From an uncultured Spirochaetales bacterium (GTDB taxonomy: Bacteria; Spirochaetota; Spirochaetia; DAHUYW01): 64,000 bases of DNA. The stretch covers positions 83,061-147,060 of the forward strand of contig CAZDMH010000012.1 of the NCBI GenBank assembly GCA_964506755.1, written 5' to 3'. The notes below the pieces were generated by a model, which did no database searches, was not told the origin of the DNA, and saw only the letters and a program-made list of their open reading frames with translations. Positions 10,701 through 19,090 of the stretch are shown here, piece by piece. How positions within the stretch are numbered: position 1 is the stretch's first letter; each line of letters starts with the position of its first letter. The position numbers and the translations under genes are program-made.

Positions 10701-11013
10701 GAGCGCCCGAATTCTCGAGGTCACGGCCGGTGTCGAGGCGTCGAGCCTTTTCGACGACACCACGCTCGTGTCGAACGTCATACCTCTGCATGTTCCGAGC
10801 GCCCTGATAGGAGCGGTCGGTGGAATCGAACGACTCCTCGATCATCTGCCGCGACCATACCTAAAGGCGATATTTGCGAGGACAATTGCGCGTCGCTTTG
10901 TCTATGAATACGGCGTCGAGCCGAGCTATGAGGACTACCGGCTCTTTGTCGATCGGCTGCGGTCGGCCCCACCTGACCGAAGTATTGCAGGAGATCGGGT
11001 CCGGCCGACCTGA
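7789..11013 (+). CDS. NAD-specific glutamate dehydrogenase, large (Bac_GDH) type
   Basis: 1074 aa; the core GGIRILRSANFDSYRANANSLFEECYNLAATQDNKNKDIPEKGAKGVILPDF and the Rossmann segment QTGGPDGDLGGNEILVS are characteristic of the ~115-180 kDa bacterial NAD-GDH family. TTG start sits 6 nt after GGAGG. Confidence 0.8.
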   Translation: MDLMTASYDKESELTEALESIASASGADEDFLRRTFERVRERARLAATTIFLRMRWLLSRTNEDVDDTEKLDLLGRFPNMTVEELADNIAYPKKTVFDFVVSSSSVSREMLEKIYATMLTSSTDSTGLPDLSEERMLQEIKWWVLDLDFPEYYFKTTPPEEIAHQILVNRFHEIQGRDSESYRNMKISYTSPSGTVIHWVHSQAKFVEVEQEIEQDYYRSGLAHDVAVYAHGGLYLYIVQESETEPQSDDFAASAPKSFFQRNSNERLARYRNAWEAIRRSGSFHIEHTRKTETGEYRVMVGFPARVINHFMANLSRVMTRAGIKVRRKYTVAFSGAYPMIISSFYAREPFPEDLLSRIVEIGLYPDTRLARLTEAGVITPAETNFVHAVIGYVHTFIAANDPNIAYLEERFPDHSGLRDLFVSVKRRMAKDLYTVDKIAETFNENPGIAKRLYALFRMKLDPASTDSEDKLGRAMNAFEQELESLVLSHDSIDIVECALTFVRNTIRTNFFLPVKTALVFRLDPGFLARTDFGRAPYGVFYVRGRDFTGFQVRFGDIARGGIRILRSANFDSYRANANSLFEECYNLAATQDNKNKDIPEKGAKGVILPDFGKDDEEGRADAFRKYIDALLDVLLPSNRDFIRGYEEEILFLGPDEGTAELMSWACERSRDRGYRYWKAFTTGKHSRLGGISHVDYAMTTNGVHRYVLGILASLDAREDSITKLQTGGPDGDLGGNEILVSCDKTVCVVDGGGVAYDPAGLDRNELESLARRRVDISHFDPRRLGRNGFLVKVDDRDVELPDGTVVQSGLTFRNGFHLSKWMKADLFVPCGGRPKSINSTNWEHLLDEKGVPRIRWIVEGANLFITQEARLKLEEKGVILFKDSSTNKGGVTSSSYEVLAGLALSDDQFVRDMCAGPDSSEPKNGEPPFRERYIRDIVERIKENADAEFSILWKTSRENGRPLSGLSDELSARILEVTAGVEASSLFDDTTLVSNVIPLHVPSALIGAVGGIERLLDHLPRPYLKAIFARTIARRFVYEYGVEPSYEDYRLFVDRLRSAPPDRSIAGDRVRPT

Positions 11014-11016
11014 CAG

Positions 11017-11424
11017 CTATTGCGAGCCGACCGCCTTCGCAGCAGCCATCAAGACAAGCGACTTTGTGATCGTCCCGCCGGAGATTGCGTCCGGCCTCAG
11101 GGTCTGTTCGTCGACGATGATTTGGGCGAACCGAGTCATGCCCGCGGCGATCGGGGGCGGCGCTGTAACCTCGACGGCCTCATATCGATGGTTTCGCACC
11201 GTGACCCGGACCGTTGCGGTCGTATTTGCGGCGGCCGTCCCAGGAGGCATCTTCAGGCTTACGGTGCCTTCGTAGACGCCGTCGGCGACATCTGTAAGGT
11301 TCGGCTCGGGCCAAGTGAGCGTACGTGCCCATGTGCTCGTCGAGCGGACGAAGTACGCCACGGTGAGGAATCCGCCTGCGAGCACCACTACCACGATTAA
11401 AAGGACGATCATCCAACGTTTCAT
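11017..11424 (-). CDS. FMN-binding domain protein (membrane-anchored)
   Basis: 135 aa; N-terminal TM anchor followed by an FMN_bind-like motif DAISGGTITKSLVLMAAAKAV (compare DAVSGATITS of NqrC/RnfG/NosR). Confidence 0.6.
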   Translation of the reverse strand: MKRWMIVLLIVVVVLAGGFLTVAYFVRSTSTWARTLTWPEPNLTDVADGVYEGTVSLKMPPGTAAANTTATVRVTVRNHRYEAVEVTAPPPIAAGMTRFAQIIVDEQTLRPDAISGGTITKSLVLMAAAKAVGSQ

Positions 11425-11601
11425 TGAAACCTCCGAAGCGAAGTCTCGCCCGGATCACGCAACGGCAGGATCATACTTCACCGTGTCCGCAGGTCGTCGT
11501 GGTTGAGGCGAGAGGAGAAGTCACATTGTGTGGATGAGTCATTATAGCAGACGCGCGGCGGTTCATGCCACCGGCGCGAACACCCGCGAGAGTTCTCGTT
11601 G

Positions 11602-12366
11602 TTATACTTTGCCGCCGCCCGCAGCCCCGGGCGGTGAATTGCTCGGATCGCCTCGCTTCTTCGAACGCCTCGGTCGGCCGTACCGGCGATCTCTGCCTGC
11701 GATGTCGGCTCGTGTTGCAACCTGGTGGTTGACCCACTCGATTACTGCAGCGTAGCCCTGGCTCGGCGGGTCGACCGCGCTGTCGAGGTAGCCTTTGACC
11801 ACCGAGATGACACGAAAGCCCTGTCGCAGTTGGAAAGTGAGGGTTGGGTCGTAGAGTTCACGCCGGATGACTGCAAGAACGTACTCCTCTGCACTTATTT
11901 TCTCAGCATAACGTCCGTAGCCGCGAAGTCGCGCACCGGCTCTGATCCGGCGCAATCGAAGATCCCGACAGAGGTTTCGCCGAGCGGCATAGATCTTCTT
12001 GCCGATGCCCCTTCCCTGCATGGAGGGCTCGACCATGATCTCGGCCCCGTAGAGTGTTCTCCCGTTTTCGGGGTCATGGTTGGTGAAATAACCGTTATCG
12101 GTGAAGCGGAACCAGTTGCCCGTTACCTTGTACTCGTCCCATCGAATGATCAAGCTGGCCGCCATCCCGACGATTCGGCCAGAAGCGACCTCCTCGGCGA
12201 CGAACTGGCCCGCCGGGAAGACGTAGAGATGCGACTGAAGATGTTCGGTCAACCAGGGATCATCGTGGGGATAAATACGCTCGCTCAGGCGTATGATCTC
12301 CGGAAAGTCGGACGGTTGGGTGTTGCGCACGACAACGCCGGAAGAACGGTCGTTGCTACGAGCCAT
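11602..12366 (-). CDS. GNAT family N-acetyltransferase
   Basis: 254 aa; acetyl-CoA binding motif QGRGIGKKIY and overall GNAT fold pattern. Confidence 0.7.
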   Translation of the reverse strand: MARSNDRSSGVVVRNTQPSDFPEIIRLSERIYPHDDPWLTEHLQSHLYVFPAGQFVAEEVASGRIVGMAASLIIRWDEYKVTGNWFRFTDNGYFTNHDPENGRTLYGAEIMVEPSMQGRGIGKKIYAARRNLCRDLRLRRIRAGARLRGYGRYAEKISAEEYVLAVIRRELYDPTLTFQLRQGFRVISVVKGYLDSAVDPPSQGYAAVIEWVNHQVATRADIAGRDRRYGRPRRSKKRGDPSNSPPGAAGGGKV

Positions 12367-12388
12367 GGATGATTCTCATTCTCTGTAC

Positions 12389-13282
12389 CTATATGCGAGT
12401 GGTCTGGAGGTTCGCTGTGATTTCGTCGGTCGTTACGCTGTCGTTGAGCGGCAGAACAGTCCCCTGTTCACGTGCCTCCCTGATCGTGTCGAGATTGAGA
12501 TCGCCGATGACCATCATTTCTTGGTTCGGATTCCCTTCAGCGAGGATGCCGTCCCGTGCGAACAGGAAATCGCTGGGGGTGAGGATCGATGCCTGACCGT
12601 AGTTGAGCGAGACCGCAGGGACCTGCGGCAACGATCCTACCGTGCAGGAGTGGATCACGTACATTTGATTCTCGATGGCGCGGGCCTGCGCGCAGTAGCG
12701 AACCCGAAGGAATCCCTGCCGGTCGTCGGTGCAGCTCGGCACCACCAGAATATAGGCGCCCTGCCTCGCCGCTGCGCGGGCAAGTTCGGGGAACTCCACA
12801 TCGTAGCAGATTGTAACCGCGATCTTGCCGAACTCCGTCTCGAAAATTTTCAGCTCGTTGTGAGGTGACATCACCCATTCTTCCTTTTCGAAGCGGGTCA
12901 TGTGGAGCTTGCCCTGAATGTCCCACTCACCTCCGGGGCCGAAGACATAGCTCTCGTTGTAGACGGTTTCGGTATCGGGAGGATCCATCGCAGGAACGGT
13001 TCCGCCAACAATATAGAGCCCGCTCTCGCGGGCGAGCCGGCTCAGAAGGCCTACAACTCGCTCTTCGAGACGTGCGAGCTGTCGTATCTGTTCCTTGATC
13101 GGTCTGCGAAGGCTGTTGAGCGTCAGGAGCTGACAGGTGAAGTACTCTGGAAACACGAGCAGCCGCGCCTTGTAGTCCGCGGCCGTCCAAACGAGCGCCT
13201 CTACCTGATCCGCAAACTCCTCGAACCGCTGAACCGGACGAATGAAGTATTGAAGCGTGGCAACACGTACTCTGCTGGACAA
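12389..13282 (-). CDS. Carbon-nitrogen hydrolase (nitrilase superfamily) protein
   Basis: 297 aa; catalytic E-K-C triad context LLVFPEY, K in QGKLHMTRFE, and C in VTICYDVEFPE. Confidence 0.8.
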   Translation of the reverse strand: MSSRVRVATLQYFIRPVQRFEEFADQVEALVWTAADYKARLLVFPEYFTCQLLTLNSLRRPIKEQIRQLARLEERVVGLLSRLARESGLYIVGGTVPAMDPPDTETVYNESYVFGPGGEWDIQGKLHMTRFEKEEWVMSPHNELKIFETEFGKIAVTICYDVEFPELARAAARQGAYILVVPSCTDDRQGFLRVRYCAQARAIENQMYVIHSCTVGSLPQVPAVSLNYGQASILTPSDFLFARDGILAEGNPNQEMMVIGDLNLDTIREAREQGTVLPLNDSVTTDEITANLQTTRI

Positions 13283-13382
13283 TGGTCTCTCCCTCGGTCT
13301 CGAGTCTTGTCAAAACCCTAGATCGAGCGCCGGCAAATGTCAACGCAAGGGAGATAGGTCCTGCGAGCCGGAGCTCCTGCCC

Positions 13383-14990
13383 TCAGAGCTTCAGCGATCT
13401 CCACGGTACCGTACTCGTCGTCGATTGACCGACGAACAGCATATCGCCGCTGAAGGGGTCGATTGAGAAGCTGCTTATGTAGCGATTGCCCGAGATCACC
13501 CACTGGGCAACGAGGTTCTGGCTGGAATCGTAGGCGGCGATCGCAAAGGCGCTCCAGTTCTGATAGTCGCGGTCCCACACGAGGTAGGTGTACGCCCCCT
13601 GTGTGAATGCGAGGGTCACGGTTCGAATCCAGTAGTCGGGGCTCGGGGCAGTGGCGGGAAGCTGAGTCGGAGCCGGATAGCTTCCAGTGGCTATCGATGC
13701 CGGCACAGGCATATCCGCTGTCGTAAAGGTTGCACTTGGCACCGCGGCGCTGAGCGGGCCCGGATTGCCGGCAACGTCGACAGAGCGAACCTTGAAGTAG
13801 TTGATGCTGCCGGCCGCGAATGTACCAACAATCGCACCAGTGGCAGTGCCGCTCCAAGCGAGCATCGTGAAAGACCCAGTCGACGAAGTATCGGTGTAGA
13901 CTTCATAGTGATCCGCGCCGCTCACCGGGCTCCACTTTGCATAGACTGCTTGGGTCGAAGCCGACACGACAGTGAGACCGGAGGGGGAGGGCAGCAGCGG
14001 TGTAACCGTCACTATGGCGCTCGGGAGACTCTCGCCGTTGGTATTGACGGCGGTTACGATGAAGGCGTACTGGCTGCCGCCCGTGAGCCCGGCAACCGTG
14101 TGGGGGGAGGCTACGTTGTGTATCTGCGTTCCTGTCGATGTGCTGACGGTGGTTCCCTGTCGATAGTAGATGTTGTACGAGGTTGCCGTTGCGACCGGAT
14201 TCCAGCTGAGTATCACCGAGCTGACACCGGAGGTGCCGGTGGAGAACTGTGGCTGGAACGGTGCAAATCGGTAGCTCGCGACAGCGACGGCCGACTGCGT
14301 CCCATCTGGCATGACTGCGACAGCCTGCAGCGTCGTGTCGGACGAGATGGTCAGCGTATAGGGCGAGGCCACCTGAAAGCCCATATCGGCTTCCGGAACC
14401 GGCGGTGAGCCGCTTGTGGTGTACCATATCACGCTGCCCGATGTCGGTGCCGTCATGGTCACTGAGATGCTCGTTTGGTATGTTCCGCTCGGCACGGAAA
14501 AGGTCGGATCTTTCGTGTAGGAGATCGTCATGTCGAGGTTGGCAATCGAGCTCGGAAGCTTCAGCGACATGAACGCCACCGCCTTGATGAGGACATGGGT
14601 GGCGTCTCCGGTGACGAGGATCGGCTCGAAGGGCTTGTAGAGATGGGTAGACGGTTTGTAGGGATCCGGATCGGGAGGTTCCGGAACACCGACGGTGCCG
14701 ATCGAGTAGGTGTAGAAGATGAGCGCACCCTCGGTCCCGCACTCGAGGGAGATCTTTTGGTTGCGATACTGCTCAACGGTTCCGGAAACCGGAACTGGCG
14801 TTCCGCCCTCCGTGGGGGCAGTCAAGAAGTTCGGCGTTTCCGTCGGCACGGCTGCGGCTGTTTCCGAGGTCTCAACCTGTTTGACGAGCTCGTTTCCCGC
14901 GCTGTAGTACCCGAATGGGCTTGGGCAGCCAGACAGAACAACGACAAGCGCCGCCGTCGATAGAATTGCGATCGGCCGAGAGAAAACCAT
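13383..14990 (-). CDS. Secreted lipoprotein with chitobiase/beta-hexosaminidase C-terminal-like and fibronectin type III domains
   Basis: Signal peptide + lipobox (VVLSGC); two CHB_HEX_C-like segments (SGTYQTSISVTMTAP...IWYTTSGS); FN3 segments (LSWNPVATATSYNIYY; YAKWSPVSGADHYEVY). Confidence 0.6.
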   Translation of the reverse strand: MVFSRPIAILSTAALVVVLSGCPSPFGYYSAGNELVKQVETSETAAAVPTETPNFLTAPTEGGTPVPVSGTVEQYRNQKISLECGTEGALIFYTYSIGTVGVPEPPDPDPYKPSTHLYKPFEPILVTGDATHVLIKAVAFMSLKLPSSIANLDMTISYTKDPTFSVPSGTYQTSISVTMTAPTSGSVIWYTTSGSPPVPEADMGFQVASPYTLTISSDTTLQAVAVMPDGTQSAVAVASYRFAPFQPQFSTGTSGVSSVILSWNPVATATSYNIYYRQGTTVSTSTGTQIHNVASPHTVAGLTGGSQYAFIVTAVNTNGESLPSAIVTVTPLLPSPSGLTVVSASTQAVYAKWSPVSGADHYEVYTDTSSTGSFTMLAWSGTATGAIVGTFAAGSINYFKVRSVDVAGNPGPLSAAVPSATFTTADMPVPASIATGSYPAPTQLPATAPSPDYWIRTVTLAFTQGAYTYLVWDRDYQNWSAFAIAAYDSSQNLVAQWVISGNRYISSFSIDPFSGDMLFVGQSTTSTVPWRSLKL

Positions 14991-15199
14991 ACTTCGCTCC
15001 CTGAGGTGGAATTCAGGCGAGGCTATGGATGCAACTTGTCGTTCTTATATGTAGTGAGGATATCCCGTTCCGAGTCCGGATTCAAGGCTCAGGGCTCAAA
15101 TGTCGCGAAACGGCAGGGCCCCGCCGGCACACCAGATCTCGTTGCAGTCCCGGCGAAAATAGGGTATAGTGGTCGCGGGTGTTTTGAAAAAGGGGATCG

Positions 15200-16858
15200 A
15201 TGAGTATACGAGTCAAGATGGTGCTCGTGGTACTGCCGCTTCTTATCGTTGTTCTCATCATCGGCGGTGTCTCTTCCTACTTCATCGCCACAGGCAGCGT
15301 CACCCGGGTGACCCTAGAGTTTTTCAACTTCAAGACCTCTGAGCTGGAGAAGTACGCTAATAGCCAGTGGAAGCTCCTCGTCGACAACGAGCTCAGTGAC
15401 CGACCGGAGATGGTCAAGGCAGCTCAAGCGGCCATCGAAGTCTTTGCGCGGAGCATTCTCAACAGCCCCTCAGAGCTCATCTTTGCAGTCGACCAGAATC
15501 AGAATGTCACCCTTTCGACGGGCGCAATAGAGCTCACACCGGAAGAGAAGGACCTCCTAGCAGCTAAGATGGCGGTGAGCGACCGGCAGCTCTTCAACGC
15601 CAAGCTGGGCGGTGTCGAGCGCGTCGCGATGGGAATTCCGTTTCAGCCCTTCAAGTGGTACTTTCTCCTCACCCAGGAGCGGAAGGCCTTCTACAGTGAG
15701 GTCAATCGTATCACCTACCAGACGCTGTATCTGATTGCAGGCGGCTCGATCCTTTCGATCGCGCTTCTGCTCATCTTTGTGCGTTTCATCAACAATCCGC
15801 TGTCCCGCGTCGTAACGGCCATGCAGTCGATCATCGAGACGAATGATCTGGCCGCCCGGGTGCCTGTCGCCTATCGGGACGAGATCGGGAAGATGTCTCA
15901 CACCTTCAATATCATGATAGGCGAGCTGCAGACCGCCTACGATCGAATCAAAGGCTACGCCTTCGATGCCGTTGTCTCGCAGAAGAAAGAGGCCAAGATT
16001 CGCAACATATTCCAGAAGTACGTTCCGCAGGAGCTCATCGACCGTTTCTTCGCACATCCCGAGTCGATGCTTACCGGCGAAGATCGAGAGCTGGCGGTGC
16101 TGTTTTCCGACATTCGAAGCTTCACGACAATTTCTGAACATCTTACACCCGACGCCCTGGTCAATTCACTCAACAGATACTTCTCGGTCATGGTCGACAT
16201 CATCATGAATCGCGATGGAATAGTGGACAAGTACATCGGCGACGCGATCATGGCCTTCTTCGGAGCTCCTGTCAAACATCCCGACGACGCGCTCCAGTCG
16301 GTGCTCGCCGGTATTTCGATGCTTCGCTCGCTTACCGAGTTCAACGAGCAGCAGGTGGCAAACGGCAAGCCGGAGTTCCGAATCGGGGTGGGTATCAACT
16401 ACGGTGTGGTCACGGTTGGCAACATAGGTACCGAACGCAAGATGGACTACACGGTAATCGGAGACACGGTGAACGTTGCCTCTCGGCTCGAGGGATTGAC
16501 GAAGATCTATCACCAGAATCTCCTGATTTCCGAGAGCGTCCACGCGGCGATTGACGGAAGTGTTTCCAGCCGCCTCGTCGACACAGTGGCGGTCAAGGGC
16601 AAGACGCAAGGGCTGCGCATTTATACAGTCGAAAGCGACCTGAGCAGTCAAGAGAAGGAAGATTGGGAGCAACACGACGAAGCGATGGAGTCCTACTACC
16701 GACGGGATTTTGCGAAAGCGGGCAAGGCGTTCAGGGAGCTGGCACGCCGGATGCCGGGGGATTATCTCGTGGGCCTTATGAAGGATCGCTGTGCCGCCTA
16801 TGAGAAAAGCCCGCCCCCCGAGGATTGGAACGGCGTCGAAGTCATGCATGAAAAATGA
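15200..16858 (+). CDS. Membrane-bound class III adenylate cyclase with periplasmic sensor domain and HAMP linker
   Basis: 552 aa; TM1 (res 7-30), a ~140-aa periplasmic region, TM2, a HAMP-like segment, then a CHD with LAVLFSDIRSFTTISE, KYIGDAIMAFFGAP and RIGVGINYGVVTVGNIG. SD AAGGGG upstream. Confidence 0.8.
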   Translation: MSIRVKMVLVVLPLLIVVLIIGGVSSYFIATGSVTRVTLEFFNFKTSELEKYANSQWKLLVDNELSDRPEMVKAAQAAIEVFARSILNSPSELIFAVDQNQNVTLSTGAIELTPEEKDLLAAKMAVSDRQLFNAKLGGVERVAMGIPFQPFKWYFLLTQERKAFYSEVNRITYQTLYLIAGGSILSIALLLIFVRFINNPLSRVVTAMQSIIETNDLAARVPVAYRDEIGKMSHTFNIMIGELQTAYDRIKGYAFDAVVSQKKEAKIRNIFQKYVPQELIDRFFAHPESMLTGEDRELAVLFSDIRSFTTISEHLTPDALVNSLNRYFSVMVDIIMNRDGIVDKYIGDAIMAFFGAPVKHPDDALQSVLAGISMLRSLTEFNEQQVANGKPEFRIGVGINYGVVTVGNIGTERKMDYTVIGDTVNVASRLEGLTKIYHQNLLISESVHAAIDGSVSSRLVDTVAVKGKTQGLRIYTVESDLSSQEKEDWEQHDEAMESYYRRDFAKAGKAFRELARRMPGDYLVGLMKDRCAAYEKSPPPEDWNGVEVMHEK

Positions 16859-18069
16859 GGACGACGGTGAAATATCGTGGATTAGCGGTCGGACTGCTTC
16901 TTTTCTTCGTTATGACGGGAGTGGCCGTCGCTCAGTCCACGCCTGCCCAAGCGGTGATCTACGTTCAAGACCTCACCCCGGGCGATCTTGGGAATCGAAT
17001 CCGCGATATCCTCGTGACGCGGATTGCCGATAAGTTCGAGGCATTCAATCTGCGTGCGATCGGAGATCCGATCCTCGTCGACACGCCGGAGGCCGAGAGC
17101 GCTGATTTCCGGGTGCAGCCGCTGCTGGCCCAGAAGGTTCCCGCCGCGACTGATCTCGTGGTCGCCGCGATCTTCAGAATCCAGTCGAGCGCCGTAGACA
17201 TTCAATTCATCCTGGTCGATCCAAAACAGAAGAACGTGCTTGGCGGTGTGCTCTCGCGAGCCAGAACGGGGCTGACGGTGTTCACGAGCGTGGACGCTGC
17301 TGTCAACGACCTCGATCCCGTACTCACCCAATACGTGACGAATCGATACCAGTACCAGCCACCGCAGGGGGTCGTAGAAACAATCACACTAGAGGGAGGG
17401 CGCGAGGGCGAAGAGGTGTTCTTTGCCGGCCGTGACGTCGGGAAAGTGTCCGGCGGCGTGCTCAAGGTCCCCTACACACCATTTCCGGTTGGGTCGAAGG
17501 TGCGCGTCGAGATTCGCAAACCGGGCTACCACCCGGAGGAAACAGTGGTTGAGCTTCCCTCGACGCAGGTGAAGGCTCCGATTCCCGCCCTCCAACGTGC
17601 GAACCGCTTTACTGCAGGAGTGGACTGGACCTTCGGCCAGGCGCTTGGGTTCGGTGTCGTCGGCCGGTTCTACGGGGTGCCAGACTGGACCTATCTTGAG
17701 CTGGCGGCTTATCGAGACCTCGTGCCGCAGACGCACGTTGGTTTCCACGATCTGCGTCACTACGATTTTGGAGTGACGGCCGGGCAGTATCTCTTTCTCT
17801 CCTACAGCTCTCTCGTACGGGTTACTGTCTCTCTCGGGGCGGGGGTCATCTACACCTCCCTGGAGGGCACTACGACTCCGGATTTCGTTGATCTCTACCT
17901 CAACCTTTTGAGCCCCACCGTGGAGCTTCGCTTCGCCGGCTGGCAGCTCTTCGTGCAGCCGCAGATGAAGTTCGCTCTTGGAGTGGGTGACAATCTCCTC
18001 GGGCGCACCTGGGTAACAACATCGCTCGGCATCCCACCGGTAACGATAGGAGTGCTGCGTTCATGGTGA
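16855..18069 (+). CDS. Secreted protein of unknown function (PEGA-like segment; possible outer-membrane beta-barrel C-terminus)
   Basis: Signal peptide (LLLFFVMTGVAVAQS); PEGA-like stretch VRVEIRKPGYHPEETVVELP; C-terminal alternating hydrophobic beta-strand pattern ending ...IGVLRSW. Overlaps the cyclase stop by 4 nt. Confidence 0.5.
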   Translation: MRTTVKYRGLAVGLLLFFVMTGVAVAQSTPAQAVIYVQDLTPGDLGNRIRDILVTRIADKFEAFNLRAIGDPILVDTPEAESADFRVQPLLAQKVPAATDLVVAAIFRIQSSAVDIQFILVDPKQKNVLGGVLSRARTGLTVFTSVDAAVNDLDPVLTQYVTNRYQYQPPQGVVETITLEGGREGEEVFFAGRDVGKVSGGVLKVPYTPFPVGSKVRVEIRKPGYHPEETVVELPSTQVKAPIPALQRANRFTAGVDWTFGQALGFGVVGRFYGVPDWTYLELAAYRDLVPQTHVGFHDLRHYDFGVTAGQYLFLSYSSLVRVTVSLGAGVIYTSLEGTTTPDFVDLYLNLLSPTVELRFAGWQLFVQPQMKFALGVGDNLLGRTWVTTSLGIPPVTIGVLRSW

Positions 18070-19088
18070 GGGTGCGTTCAGTGAGAGCGATTCATACTGT
18101 CGTAGCCGCGGTCCTCATATTGTCAGCGGCCCTTCTTGCCGGCTGCTCTCTTTTTGCGGCTCACCCGTTTCCGGACTACATCGCCGGTATCGAGAAGAGA
18201 GTTAATATCTCCGAACGGATTGCCGCCGCGTTGAAGACCGCCGTGTCGGCACGTTACGAGATCGGAAACATCGCTACCCCGGCCGGTGATCGCGTCCTAC
18301 TGCTGATCGATCCGGCCGTTGCAGAACCGAATCCGGACTCACCGACACCGTTGCTCCTCATCTTCAACCGCACTCTCGACTACCTCGGAAGTGTTGTGCC
18401 CCAGGGGCCTCTCGGCTACTTCGGACGACCGTTTGCCCTCGCCGCCGACGGGAATGTACTCTCGGGCGACACGGTTTTCGATCCGGCGACCGACACAGTT
18501 GTCCTCACATTGAGTCCGACCGGCCTGACCGGTTTCGGGTTCTCGGTCACCTCCGGAACGCCTGCCACCTACATCCTCTCGTTGCCTCCCGGCGAGACAG
18601 CGTCGACCCAGCTTGTTCTGAGCAGCTATGACAACATCTGGAGCGCGCCGGTGAATTACAATGTGGATATACTCCCGGCGGGTACCACAGGCGGCTCCAC
18701 CTACGTCCTCGAGGGGGCTCGCCTCGAAAGTGACAACGACACGGTGACAATTACCATGCGTGACGCCGCCACCGATGTTCTGACCGTCGTTCATGCGTCC
18801 CTCGCTGCAGTAATCGCCGGCACTGCGCCGGCGTTGATCTCAGCAGGCTCCGGTGCCGCGACGATGGACGGCAGCGACTCGAAGGTGTACTACACGGCTA
18901 ATGACATCGTTCTCAGACGAACCACGGGCAGCTTCGAGCGATACACCTCCGATGGGACCTCGATGACGGCCAAGATTACCTCTGATCGGCGTACAGGAAT
19001 CGTCTACGGCTTCTCCCCCGACGGTGCCTACCTATATCGGCTCGATCCGGCCACTGGATCGTTTGCACTCATTCGGACGTGGTGGTAG
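18063..19088 (+). CDS. Lipoprotein, unknown function
   Basis: Signal peptide with lipobox LLAGCS; Thr/Ser/Gly-rich beta-type sequence; no recognisable domain. Confidence 0.5.
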   Translation: MVRVRSVRAIHTVVAAVLILSAALLAGCSLFAAHPFPDYIAGIEKRVNISERIAAALKTAVSARYEIGNIATPAGDRVLLLIDPAVAEPNPDSPTPLLLIFNRTLDYLGSVVPQGPLGYFGRPFALAADGNVLSGDTVFDPATDTVVLTLSPTGLTGFGFSVTSGTPATYILSLPPGETASTQLVLSSYDNIWSAPVNYNVDILPAGTTGGSTYVLEGARLESDNDTVTITMRDAATDVLTVVHASLAAVIAGTAPALISAGSGAATMDGSDSKVYYTANDIVLRRTTGSFERYTSDGTSMTAKITSDRRTGIVYGFSPDGAYLYRLDPATGSFALIRTWW

Positions 19089-19090
19089 CG

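Noticed and set aside
1506-11013. Calling the locus a complete hydroxyglutarate glutamate-fermentation operon
   Set aside because: Only two of the required activities (NAD-GDH, dehydratase/activase-like) are present. The CoA-transferase, 2-hydroxyglutarate dehydrogenase and glutaconyl-CoA decarboxylase are absent from the window, so it is kept as a low-interest hypothesis only.
13903-14742. 279-aa minus-strand alternate-frame ORF and plus-strand ORFs (13908-14408, 14475-14963) within the FN3 lipoprotein gene
   Set aside because: His/Arg/Gly-rich off-frame translations. The annotated frame has a lipobox and FN3/CHB_HEX_C motifs.
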